IMG/VR virus record: IMGVR_UViG_3300029704_000004
Length of the DNA: 64,000 bases
Origin: a virus
Direction: 5' to 3' (one strand)
Position numbers and translations under genes: made by a program. How positions within the stretch are numbered: the stretch's first letter is position 1; the number at the start of each line of letters is the position of its first letter. The notes under the pieces were generated by a model. It worked only from the letters and a program-made list of their open reading frames with translations. It made no database searches and was not told the DNA's origin. Shown here piece by piece: positions 1 to 8,763 of the stretch.

Positions 1-3000
1 GCTTATGAAGAAAAAGCTAGAATTTATCGTAAACCTGATGAAGGTAAAGCTTATGAAGTTTCTACAAATTGGGAATATCATGGCGGAAAGATTACTGGTA
101 GTTATACTTACAACTATAAAGGTGAATTAATAATTGTAGTAGCCGAAAGTGATGCTGTTGATTTGAATAATAATAAAATTTATGTTCCTCTTAAAACTTG
201 GAATTTAAATACAGGTTCTACTGGTCTCGAACATGGTATTGAAGAAAGTATTCCAAAAGCTAAAGTTAATTATGATATTACTAATGGTTCTCTTAATTGT
301 GGAGTTTATACTTTCTTTATTCGTTATCAGATTGACGATTACAATTATACAAAATGGTTCCAAATTACTGATGATATTATTATTATAAACGATGAAGGAA
401 AAGATGTTCCTATTCATAATTTTCTTGATAGTAAATCTGCTCTTACTCGTTACAATACTGACGGTAATGGTAATCCTACTACAGAATTTGAACCTTTCTT
501 AGTAAACGGTAATGATAAATCTAATAAAGGAGTTTACTTTACTCTTGATATAGATAAGAGTTATAAATTTACTAAATATCAAATAGGTTATATTGTTAAG
601 CATAATGATGCTGTTGATGGTAGAATATTTAATACTTATTCTATTGATATAACTTCTTTAATGTTTAATACTAATACTTATATTGAAGAAGAAAGTGTTG
701 ATGAAATGCTTCGTGAACCAGTTCAACTTTATGATGTTAAGAATGTAATTAATTACAATAATAGAATTTATGTATCTAATTATAATGAAAACCTTAATGA
801 AGATTTAACTGGTAATAATAAAAATGTTCATGTTGATATTGAAACTAAAAACATTTCTGATTATAGCAAATCAGTTGTTACTACTAAACAGTTGATTATT
901 ACAACTAATTTTGCTATTGGAAATTCTACTTCTGTAAATGATGTTTGGGCTGCTGATAAATATACTATTAGTAAAAACGAAGACTTAATAGAATATGTTA
1001 TTAAACCAGAATATATAACAGAGTTTATTAGAAAGTTCTTTACTTCTGCAATTAAAGTATTTGGTTATGGAAGTACTATTAGTATTGACCATGACAATAT
1101 TGAGAACCTTCCTAATAATCCTAAGAATGAACCTTATATGACTAGAAGTAGATTCTCTTTATATATAGGTATTATTAGTGAAGGCACAAGTCAACAAGTT
1201 GCTATTTATGATTCTCATAGTCAGAAAGCTATTAATATAGATAGTATAGTTATTCGTAATGGTTATATTGTAATAACTATTAAAGGAAACAAATATCTAA
1301 TGAATAAGAGTACTGATTTTCAAGTTTTAATTGAACAGGATTTATTCTTTAGAAATGGTTCTACTATAACTCAACGTGCTTTTTATAATCAACCGTTACT
1401 TCATAATCCTCCATATACTTATACTATGGGATATGGAATGAATAGTTCTGCTTATGAAGCTACTACTATTAGTTCTAATAATCATACTTCTCCATTTAAT
1501 AATTTTAGAAGTTTAATTCCTGGTCAGATTTATAGTTTCTATATTCATTATATTAGAAAAGATGGTTCTGCTACTAATGGATTTATAGTTCAAAATGAAG
1601 TTGACGAAAAAAGTAATCAATCTATTTCAGACAAAGAAGCTGATACTGGAGCTAAGTTTGACGTAGTAGTAAATAATGTTGGTAATAAGCTTTTTAGAGT
1701 TCCTACTGTAGCTAACGATAATATACTTATATTTCCAAGATTTAAAGTTGATGTAATTCCTTCTAATTATATTGGATGGTTTGGTTCTTATGAGAAAGTT
1801 GAGGATATGGCTTATCCTTGTACAATTATTAATGGAGAATTAAATGGACATAGATTTACTGTTACTAATACAAACTTTGAGTATAAAGAAGATTCTATTC
1901 AAGGAAATAAATATTTCTTTATTAAATCTGATGAAATAGGAGATAATAATACTGAAAGTTTAACTAGTCATGTTAAACCTACTATTCATCCTAATATTTC
2001 TTTTGGAATTGTTCCTAAAGGTAATGTTGGCGATAAAATTGTAGTTTATAATGATAATAAAGATGTTTATAATAAATCTGTTAAAACTCTTTATAGAGTA
2101 ACAGATAATAATTATGAAACTGGATATAGCAAAGATAATCATAAATATACTCCTAGTTTTTATAATCAAGATAAGATAGTTACTTATAATAAAGAAATCA
2201 TTGCTAATCCTACTGCTTCATTTGTTTTAAATACTAATTCTCAAAAGTTGAACGGATATACTATTAGTATGGATGATAGTTATAGCTATAATAAATATCC
2301 TACTAATGCCTATTCTATTAAACAAGATTATAATGAAGGAGCAGTTTCTTTGACTAATGAAGAAGGTAAGTCTTTAGGAGTTTATTATAATAAAGTTCTT
2401 AGTCCTGACAGACTTAGAGATTTTCTCGAATTAAAGGAATGTTATAAGTCTGCTCCATTAAAGAGTTATACTAATTACAGTAAAGACTATATTGATTCTT
2501 TTGATAAGACTATTCGTAGAAGTGATGTAATTTCTGATGAAAGTCTTGTTAATGGTTTTAAGAATTTCAATGTTGAACAATATAAAATCATAACTGAAAA
2601 TAAAGGTAGTATTACTAATATTGTAGGTATTGGTCTTTATATGTTAGTTCATACTCAATATAGTTTATTTGTATTTGATAGAACTCCAAAACTTACACAA
2701 AAGAGTCAACTTGAAGTTCCAGATGTATTCGATATTGATTATCAAGAAGTTCTTCCAAGTAATGAAGGATTTGGTGGTCTTGCTAGAAAAGAAGAATCCA
2801 TTCTTAGTAAACATGGATATATTTGGTTTGATTCTGTAAATAAAGTTATATTCAAGTTTGAAAATGGTAAAGCTGAAATTCTTTCAACTAATATAAATAA
2901 CTTGATTAAATCTCTCGATATAGATTATGTTGTATTCGGAGAAGATTTGAAAACTAATAGATTGCTTATTTGTATTTGGTTAAATCAAACGATTGATGGA

Positions 3001-3234
3001 AATCTTCGTAATAACCAATACTATATAACTTTAAGTTATAACTTTAATCTTAATGATTATATAAGTCTTCATGATTATTCTTTTACTGCTAATTATAGAA
3101 CTTATAATAATAGTTATTTCTTTAACGAAAAAGTTGATAGAGCTAGACTATATGAGTTTGACGAATCTGAAACTGATTACAAAAATCTTGCTAGTGTTAA
3201 TAACGTTTTATATCCAACAATATATACTAAATAG
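1..3234 (+). CDS. large virion (tail-region) structural protein, 5' end outside window
   Basis: Frame 1 is open from nt 1 (AYEEKARIYRKPDEG...) into track ORF 163..3234, whose first codon is TTG, so the gene probably starts upstream of the window. No catalytic motif recognised. It sits upstream of the giant ejected-protein genes. Confidence 0.6.
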   Translation, partial: AYEEKARIYRKPDEGKAYEVSTNWEYHGGKITGSYTYNYKGELIIVVAESDAVDLNNNKIYVPLKTWNLNTGSTGLEHGIEESIPKAKVNYDITNGSLNCGVYTFFIRYQIDDYNYTKWFQITDDIIIINDEGKDVPIHNFLDSKSALTRYNTDGNGNPTTEFEPFLVNGNDKSNKGVYFTLDIDKSYKFTKYQIGYIVKHNDAVDGRIFNTYSIDITSLMFNTNTYIEEESVDEMLREPVQLYDVKNVINYNNRIYVSNYNENLNEDLTGNNKNVHVDIETKNISDYSKSVVTTKQLIITTNFAIGNSTSVNDVWAADKYTISKNEDLIEYVIKPEYITEFIRKFFTSAIKVFGYGSTISIDHDNIENLPNNPKNEPYMTRSRFSLYIGIISEGTSQQVAIYDSHSQKAINIDSIVIRNGYIVITIKGNKYLMNKSTDFQVLIEQDLFFRNGSTITQRAFYNQPLLHNPPYTYTMGYGMNSSAYEATTISSNNHTSPFNNFRSLIPGQIYSFYIHYIRKDGSATNGFIVQNEVDEKSNQSISDKEADTGAKFDVVVNNVGNKLFRVPTVANDNILIFPRFKVDVIPSNYIGWFGSYEKVEDMAYPCTIINGELNGHRFTVTNTNFEYKEDSIQGNKYFFIKSDEIGDNNTESLTSHVKPTIHPNISFGIVPKGNVGDKIVVYNDNKDVYNKSVKTLYRVTDNNYETGYSKDNHKYTPSFYNQDKIVTYNKEIIANPTASFVLNTNSQKLNGYTISMDDSYSYNKYPTNAYSIKQDYNEGAVSLTNEEGKSLGVYYNKVLSPDRLRDFLELKECYKSAPLKSYTNYSKDYIDSFDKTIRRSDVISDESLVNGFKNFNVEQYKIITENKGSITNIVGIGLYMLVHTQYSLFVFDRTPKLTQKSQLEVPDVFDIDYQEVLPSNEGFGGLARKEESILSKHGYIWFDSVNKVIFKFENGKAEILSTNINNLIKSLDIDYVVFGEDLKTNRLLICIWLNQTIDGNLRNNQYYITLSYNFNLNDYISLHDYSFTANYRTYNNSYFFNEKVDRARLYEFDESETDYKNLASVNNVLYPTIYTK

Positions 3235-3236
3235 AT

Positions 3237-5129
3237 ATGGGCTTACAAAGATTAATTAATGTAGGGGTTTCTAATATATATTATGAAGAAAATGGAAATA
3301 TCCGTTTAACTTATTATATAGATGGAGATGCTATGTCCGGAGCTGGACAAGTTAATATTAAAATAGAACTTGATAATGCTCAAGTTGCAAATAGTAATGT
3401 TGATGCATCATTTCCAGGTAGAACTTCCCTAAATACAACTGTTGGTTTGAGTTCTAGAGTTCCTGGTTCTACACATAATATTAAAATTACTGGTACAAAA
3501 AATGGAGTTGTTAGAACTGCTAGTAAAAGTAATACTTTTCCAGTTCAATCAGATTTAGATAAAATAGATATTAATTTTACTCATAGAGAAACTATCCCAG
3601 AAAAGATATTAACTGATACTTTTTCTTTCATTAATATTGGTAATTTCGGTGGAGTAAGATTTGCTATTGATGAAGATGTAACTGATAGTAGTACTAAATA
3701 CGAAACAAACTCTATACAGACTATACCAAATAATGATAATAAAAGCCACGTTATTAATTATAGGTATAAATGTGGAGATTTAGATGCTACTAAAAGTTAT
3801 ACTGTTGACCATAGTACAAGTGAACCTGAACATAGAGTTCCTTATGTTTATCCAAATCCTGTATTAACTCAAGTAGATAACAACCATTACGAAATAAGTA
3901 TTCATGATTTTACTAACGATGGTTCTAGATACGGAGTTACTGATACTAGTAAAATTAAAGTTCGAGTAACTTATAACAATAAATATATAGATTTTGATTA
4001 TGCCGATTTTACAGGTAATAAATTAAATGTAGAATTAAATTATAGTACTAAAATTACTTGTTTTGTTTATAATACTGAATACAGTACTGATAAATCAGAA
4101 GATGTAATTCTTAAATTTGTATATAAGATTCCTGAAGTTAAGATGTTAAAACCGATTATTAGTTGGAAATATATGAGAACTGGTAGACCAGGAGATAAAA
4201 GAAGAAAAGCAGGAATAATAATTACTGGTAATTTTGATGCTATTAAAAATTTGAATATTAAAGAATTTCCTAATATCGAATCTGATGGTACATTATATAC
4301 AATTTATACTAAAGACGGAAGTATACCAAATATAGATAATACAATAGAAAAATTAACAGAAGAGAAAACAATATTAGATACTAATAATGCTATTTATTAT
4401 TTTAGAAATGTATTTGTTTATAATGATAAAAAACGAAATCCTACATATTCAGATTCTTTAAGATTTGTATATAATGTTAGCGGAGAAGGAAATCCATTTT
4501 ATTTTGATTACGAAAAACCAAGTTTGGAATCTCCCAGTAATATTTGTAGTTATCTTGATGTTATTTATAATAATGATTATAATAATTCTAAGTCTCTAGA
4601 ATCAATTAATTATATTCTTAATTATTTTGATAATAGATATTCTTTAAATGCTAAAAATATTTATAACGTAGCTGAAGATGGTTTAAGACGTAGATATGCT
4701 GGTTACTATCTTGATGTTTACACAGATGAAACTCAAGCTATAAATCTTAAACTTAGTGATGGTTCTAATGATACTGATGAAAACAATAGAGATACTTTCA
4801 ATCATTATAATGATTATAAGTTTGCTAAGTTTGACAAAGGTAGTTGGAACTTTAATTACTTTAGAAATGGTTTTAATAGAGGTAATACTGAATTATCTGA
4901 AACTGAACTTGTAAGAGCTTGTAATTATATTTATTATAATCCAAGTACTAAGCAAAATGAAGTTCATGTTATTACTGAAGAAGATTTAAAGAAATCTCCA
5001 TTATATAAATCCGATAATAGAAGTTTAATTTATGGAAAGTATATTGTTACTAGATTTATATTTAATAATGATGATGCTGCTCATAGATTTAAACTTGAAA
5101 ATATAACATTTAATATTCAACCATATTAA
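3237..5129 (+). CDS. virion structural protein (function unassigned)
   Basis: 630-aa ORF starting 3 nt after the previous stop, same strand and same codon style. No motif recognised. Confidence 0.6.
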   Translation: MGLQRLINVGVSNIYYEENGNIRLTYYIDGDAMSGAGQVNIKIELDNAQVANSNVDASFPGRTSLNTTVGLSSRVPGSTHNIKITGTKNGVVRTASKSNTFPVQSDLDKIDINFTHRETIPEKILTDTFSFINIGNFGGVRFAIDEDVTDSSTKYETNSIQTIPNNDNKSHVINYRYKCGDLDATKSYTVDHSTSEPEHRVPYVYPNPVLTQVDNNHYEISIHDFTNDGSRYGVTDTSKIKVRVTYNNKYIDFDYADFTGNKLNVELNYSTKITCFVYNTEYSTDKSEDVILKFVYKIPEVKMLKPIISWKYMRTGRPGDKRRKAGIIITGNFDAIKNLNIKEFPNIESDGTLYTIYTKDGSIPNIDNTIEKLTEEKTILDTNNAIYYFRNVFVYNDKKRNPTYSDSLRFVYNVSGEGNPFYFDYEKPSLESPSNICSYLDVIYNNDYNNSKSLESINYILNYFDNRYSLNAKNIYNVAEDGLRRRYAGYYLDVYTDETQAINLKLSDGSNDTDENNRDTFNHYNDYKFAKFDKGSWNFNYFRNGFNRGNTELSETELVRACNYIYYNPSTKQNEVHVITEEDLKKSPLYKSDNRSLIYGKYIVTRFIFNNDDAAHRFKLENITFNIQPY

Positions 5130-5131
5130 TT

Positions 5132-8100
5132 ATGACAAAGAAGTGTAATAGATTAAGAGGTGAACGACCTAAAGCATTTTGGGGTGCTTTAGTTGGTGGT
5201 GCTATGAATTTAATTGGTAGTGCTATTAGTTCTAAATCTCAAGCTAGAGCTATCAGAAGACAAATTGAAGCTCAGAAAGAAGCTGCTCGAACTCAATTAG
5301 AGTTAGCTAATAATAGTAATCTTGCTAGTACGTTGAATAGTTATGTAACTGCTACAAGAAGTTATAATGATGAAGATGATTATAATTTAAAGTATCGTCT
5401 TGGTGGTAATAAACGTTTAGAAAGTAATAGAATTTATATTACTGATGGAGGCAATGCTACTAAGATTGGAAATGATACATACCTTTTACGGGGGGGTTCT
5501 CACGAGCAAACCAATGAGACTGGTCAAACAGGTATTGGTATCAATGTTGGTGGTAACGAAGTTGAAGCTGAGGGAGGTGAAGTTGCTCAGAAGAAGAATG
5601 GTGCTCTAAGAATCTTTAGTGCTCAACCTATTCTTGGTAATGGTATGAGTCCTGCTCAAGCTATTCTTAGAGGTTATAATAAAGATAAAGTATTTAATGC
5701 TCAACAAGCATTTAAGAGAAGAAATGGTCTTAAAGATGATGGAGGTAAAGCAAAATGGGGTATTGGATGGCTTGACAGTTTATTTGGAAACGATAATCCT
5801 AAAAAGAAAACTGTTCATTTTTATAAATCTCAAGCTACAGGTAAAGTATTTAAAACTAGACAAGAAGCTATAGCCGAAAATAATAAATATAAAACTAATT
5901 TAGGTTATAGAAGAACTATCAATAGAGAACGAGAATTTGAAGCTGCTAAAAACAAAAGCGGTAATGAACGAATACCTTATATTAAAGAAAAAGAAATTAA
6001 ATTAAGTAAGGCAGGTAAATTAACAGGAATAAAACTTACTACTAATCAATTAGATAGTATTGCTAAATATGCAAATAAAGTAGGACTTCCTATTAAAACT
6101 GCTTTAGGATTGGTTGGACAAGAAAGTGCTTTTGGAAACTATTTTGGTTATGCAAATAATGCTAAATTTCTAAATGAATATCATAAACAAGGAGAAATGA
6201 ATAGAGATATTTTTGGTATTCCTGCATATAATATAGTAAATTACGAAAGATTACTTCCTAATAAAATACCAACATTGGTAGATGATAATGCCATAAATGA
6301 TAAATACGCAAAAAGAGGTATAAATAAATTTGGATATTCTGCTGTAATCAATGGTGATGAATTAGATAAACTTAAAGTTCAACATGAAGCTTATCCAGGT
6401 CTTGCTAAAAAACGTGCAAAATTTTGGAAAGATATTAAAGTTCCAACTTTGGAATTGGCATTTAAAGCTTATAAAGACCATCCGAATTTATATAATGCTG
6501 GTAATCCTAATCAACAAAATTTAGTTAATAACAAAGCTAATGATGTTTGGGGAAGTCCAGAAATTCAAAAATGGTATAGAACATCTCCTTATGTAAAACA
6601 TCGTCTTGGTGGTCGTTGTAAACTTAGAAATGACGGTTTAACTTCTAAAGATAGAGGTTCTTCTAAACGTCTTTATCCTTCGGTATCATCTAAAGATTTT
6701 GCAGGTGGTGGTAGAAGTTATCCTATTCCAACTAAAGCTGATGCTGTTGATGCTTTAAGACTTGCTGGTCTTCATGGAAGAAGTGATGTTAGAAGTAAAG
6801 TATATAGTAAATATCCTAGTCTTCGTCCTAAAGCTAGAATTGGTGGCAGTTGGAAAGCTCCAGTTTATAATACTAATAAATATAGAGTTTCCAATCGTAT
6901 GAGAAGACAAATAGCAACTTGGGAAGGTTCTGATTTTGCAGGTCAAAATAGAAGATTCAAAGGTGATGCTATTGGTGCTAAAGAAAGAGAACTTAGACGA
7001 ATAATGGGAAGAACTTATAATTATCTTAATGATAATCAAAGAGATTCTCTTAATAGTATTTACTATAATAGTCGAGTTGATACTTTCAAAAATGCTTTTG
7101 GTAAATGGTTTAGAAATTTAAATAGTGCAGTAGATAGAGGTGATGAACGTGCGTTCAATAATAGTCTTGCTGGTATTAGACAAAGTATGACTGTTGGAGA
7201 AAATAGAAAAAGTATGAGTGGTTTAGCTAAACGTAGAGCTTGGGAAAGAAATTGGTTTGGCAATCCTATTCCAATGGATAGTAATGAAACTAAAGCTATT
7301 CTTAATCAACAAGCTGAAGCTAAAATGGTTCAACCTACAGATAATACTAGAGTTGTTATTCAGCCTGAGTATATTGAAATTCCTACTCCTGTCGGTCATG
7401 GTGTTGTTCCAGTAGATAATCCAGACCCTAATTTATTGCAAGGTAATATTAAAGATAATTTAATTAATATGGGAAATAAATTTAGATTAGGACAAAGATG
7501 TGGTGGAAGTACTAGAATGCGTAAAGCCTTAGGTGGTGAAAGCCGCCCCGTAAAAGGCATGAGACGTAAACTTGCTTGGGGTGATGTAACTTATCCTTAT
7601 CGTAGAAATAATAATTTTGATTATTGGGATATTATAGACCAAGAACAAAAAATTAATGATAAAGGTGGTATAAGTCCTTGGACAACATCTAATAAATACG
7701 ATGTTAAAGTTCCTTATGTAATTACTAAGAGTACTCCTACTATTCCTTATACAAGTCAAGTTAGTACTCCAACTTCTGGAGTTTCTGAAAATAAGACTAT
7801 TCCTACTTATACTGGTAATAAGTCGGGTATGATAATTCGTGATGCTGATTGGTATGGTCTTGGAGCTGATTTAGTTTCTAGTATTGGAGGAAGTATTCTT
7901 GGTTTGGGTGCTTATAAAAACTTAGATTTTGATTATAATCTTCCAAACTTTGTAGAGGAAAGTCCAGTTGCTCTTAATACTACTTATCATAATGAAGCTC
8001 AAAAGTCTAATGTTGAACGTAATCGTTTAAATAGTAGAAATAGTATTCTTAGAAATACTATGAGTGGTAGTACTGCTGTTGGTCGTATGCAAGGTGTTGA

Positions 8101-8680
8101 TACTAACGCTTTATATCAACTTAATCAACTTGCTGATGAAAAAACTAATAAAGAAACTGAACTTATGAATCAGAATCTTTTGAACGAACAACAAGTTAGA
8201 GCTAGAAACGCTGCTGCTAGAAATCAGTATTATAATACTGTTGCTAGTATTAAGAATGCTGCTATTCAAGCTAAGAATGAAGCTGAACTTGCTAAGGGAC
8301 AAATTCTTAGTGGAAGTCTTCAAGGTATTGGAAATAGTTTCCAAAACTTTATTAGTCAAGGTCGTCAAAATTATGATGATACTCAAGCTATGCTTATGGG
8401 AGTTGCAGCTTCTGATTATGCTACTCCATCTAGATTACTTGAACTTGGTGTTGATGTTGGTGATGATGCTGCTCTTGCAGGTATTTATCGTTCAGCTATG
8501 AATATTCCAAATCCAGGTGCTAGACCTAAGAGAGAAGACTATTCAGATAATACTGAATATAGTTATGCTCTTACTAGATGGGAGAATCAGAACAAAGCAT
8601 ACCAAAGAAGAAATAGTTATGCTGATTTAATTAAAGGTAGAATGAGTAAAAAGAATCTTATTAAATACGGTATTATTTAA
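5132..8680 (+). CDS. large virion or ejected protein with N-terminal hydrophobic segment; weak lysozyme/transglycosylase-like GQESAFG motif
   Basis: 1182-aa ORF. N-terminal AFWGALVGGAMNLIGSAISS. LGLVGQESAFGNY (E codon 6122-6124) only loosely resembles SLT catalytic motif I. Repeated basic R[LI]GG motifs. Carries two copies of the GC-rich motif. Confidence 0.6.
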   Translation: MTKKCNRLRGERPKAFWGALVGGAMNLIGSAISSKSQARAIRRQIEAQKEAARTQLELANNSNLASTLNSYVTATRSYNDEDDYNLKYRLGGNKRLESNRIYITDGGNATKIGNDTYLLRGGSHEQTNETGQTGIGINVGGNEVEAEGGEVAQKKNGALRIFSAQPILGNGMSPAQAILRGYNKDKVFNAQQAFKRRNGLKDDGGKAKWGIGWLDSLFGNDNPKKKTVHFYKSQATGKVFKTRQEAIAENNKYKTNLGYRRTINREREFEAAKNKSGNERIPYIKEKEIKLSKAGKLTGIKLTTNQLDSIAKYANKVGLPIKTALGLVGQESAFGNYFGYANNAKFLNEYHKQGEMNRDIFGIPAYNIVNYERLLPNKIPTLVDDNAINDKYAKRGINKFGYSAVINGDELDKLKVQHEAYPGLAKKRAKFWKDIKVPTLELAFKAYKDHPNLYNAGNPNQQNLVNNKANDVWGSPEIQKWYRTSPYVKHRLGGRCKLRNDGLTSKDRGSSKRLYPSVSSKDFAGGGRSYPIPTKADAVDALRLAGLHGRSDVRSKVYSKYPSLRPKARIGGSWKAPVYNTNKYRVSNRMRRQIATWEGSDFAGQNRRFKGDAIGAKERELRRIMGRTYNYLNDNQRDSLNSIYYNSRVDTFKNAFGKWFRNLNSAVDRGDERAFNNSLAGIRQSMTVGENRKSMSGLAKRRAWERNWFGNPIPMDSNETKAILNQQAEAKMVQPTDNTRVVIQPEYIEIPTPVGHGVVPVDNPDPNLLQGNIKDNLINMGNKFRLGQRCGGSTRMRKALGGESRPVKGMRRKLAWGDVTYPYRRNNNFDYWDIIDQEQKINDKGGISPWTTSNKYDVKVPYVITKSTPTIPYTSQVSTPTSGVSENKTIPTYTGNKSGMIIRDADWYGLGADLVSSIGGSILGLGAYKNLDFDYNLPNFVEESPVALNTTYHNEAQKSNVERNRLNSRNSILRNTMSGSTAVGRMQGVDTNALYQLNQLADEKTNKETELMNQNLLNEQQVRARNAAARNQYYNTVASIKNAAIQAKNEAELAKGQILSGSLQGIGNSFQNFISQGRQNYDDTQAMLMGVAASDYATPSRLLELGVDVGDDAALAGIYRSAMNIPNPGARPKREDYSDNTEYSYALTRWENQNKAYQRRNSYADLIKGRMSKKNLIKYGII
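5478..5500 (+). repeat. GC-rich 26-nt motif family, copy 1 (G-rich strand on +)
   Basis: CATACCTTTTACGGGGGGGTTCT, inside the CDS, translated YLLRGGS. Confidence 0.9.
7538..7561 (-). repeat. GC-rich motif family, copy 2 (G-rich strand on -)
   Basis: Plus strand reads GAAAGCCGCCCCGTAAAAGGCATG, inside the CDS, translated ESRPVKGM. Confidence 0.9.
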
Positions 8681-8692
8681 AATAAATAAATA

Positions 8693-8725
8693 GTTCTAGT
8701 GAAATTTTGTTCACTAGAACTTTTA
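8693..8725 (+). terminator. intrinsic terminator
   Basis: Perfect 11-bp stem GTTCTAGTGAA / TTCACTAGAAC with loop ATTTTG, followed by TTTTAT. Lies 13 nt after the stop at 8680. Confidence 0.8.
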
Positions 8726-8736
8726 TCGTATATTTG
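8706..8736 (+). promoter_or_regulatory. Bacteroidetes-type promoter (-33 TTTG, -7 TATATTTG)
   Basis: TTTG at 8706-8709 and TAnnTTTG match TATATTTG at 8729-8736 with a 19-nt spacer. About 28 nt upstream of the ATG at 8764. Confidence 0.6.
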
Positions 8737-8763
8737 CATTAGTAATAATAAAAATAAATAGAT

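Noticed and set aside
5132-8680. Confident assignment of the 1182-aa protein as a lytic transglycosylase.
   Set aside because: Only GQESAFG resembles SLT motif I. The downstream S..GA.GLMQ-type motif is not present, so the activity is left as a weak possibility.
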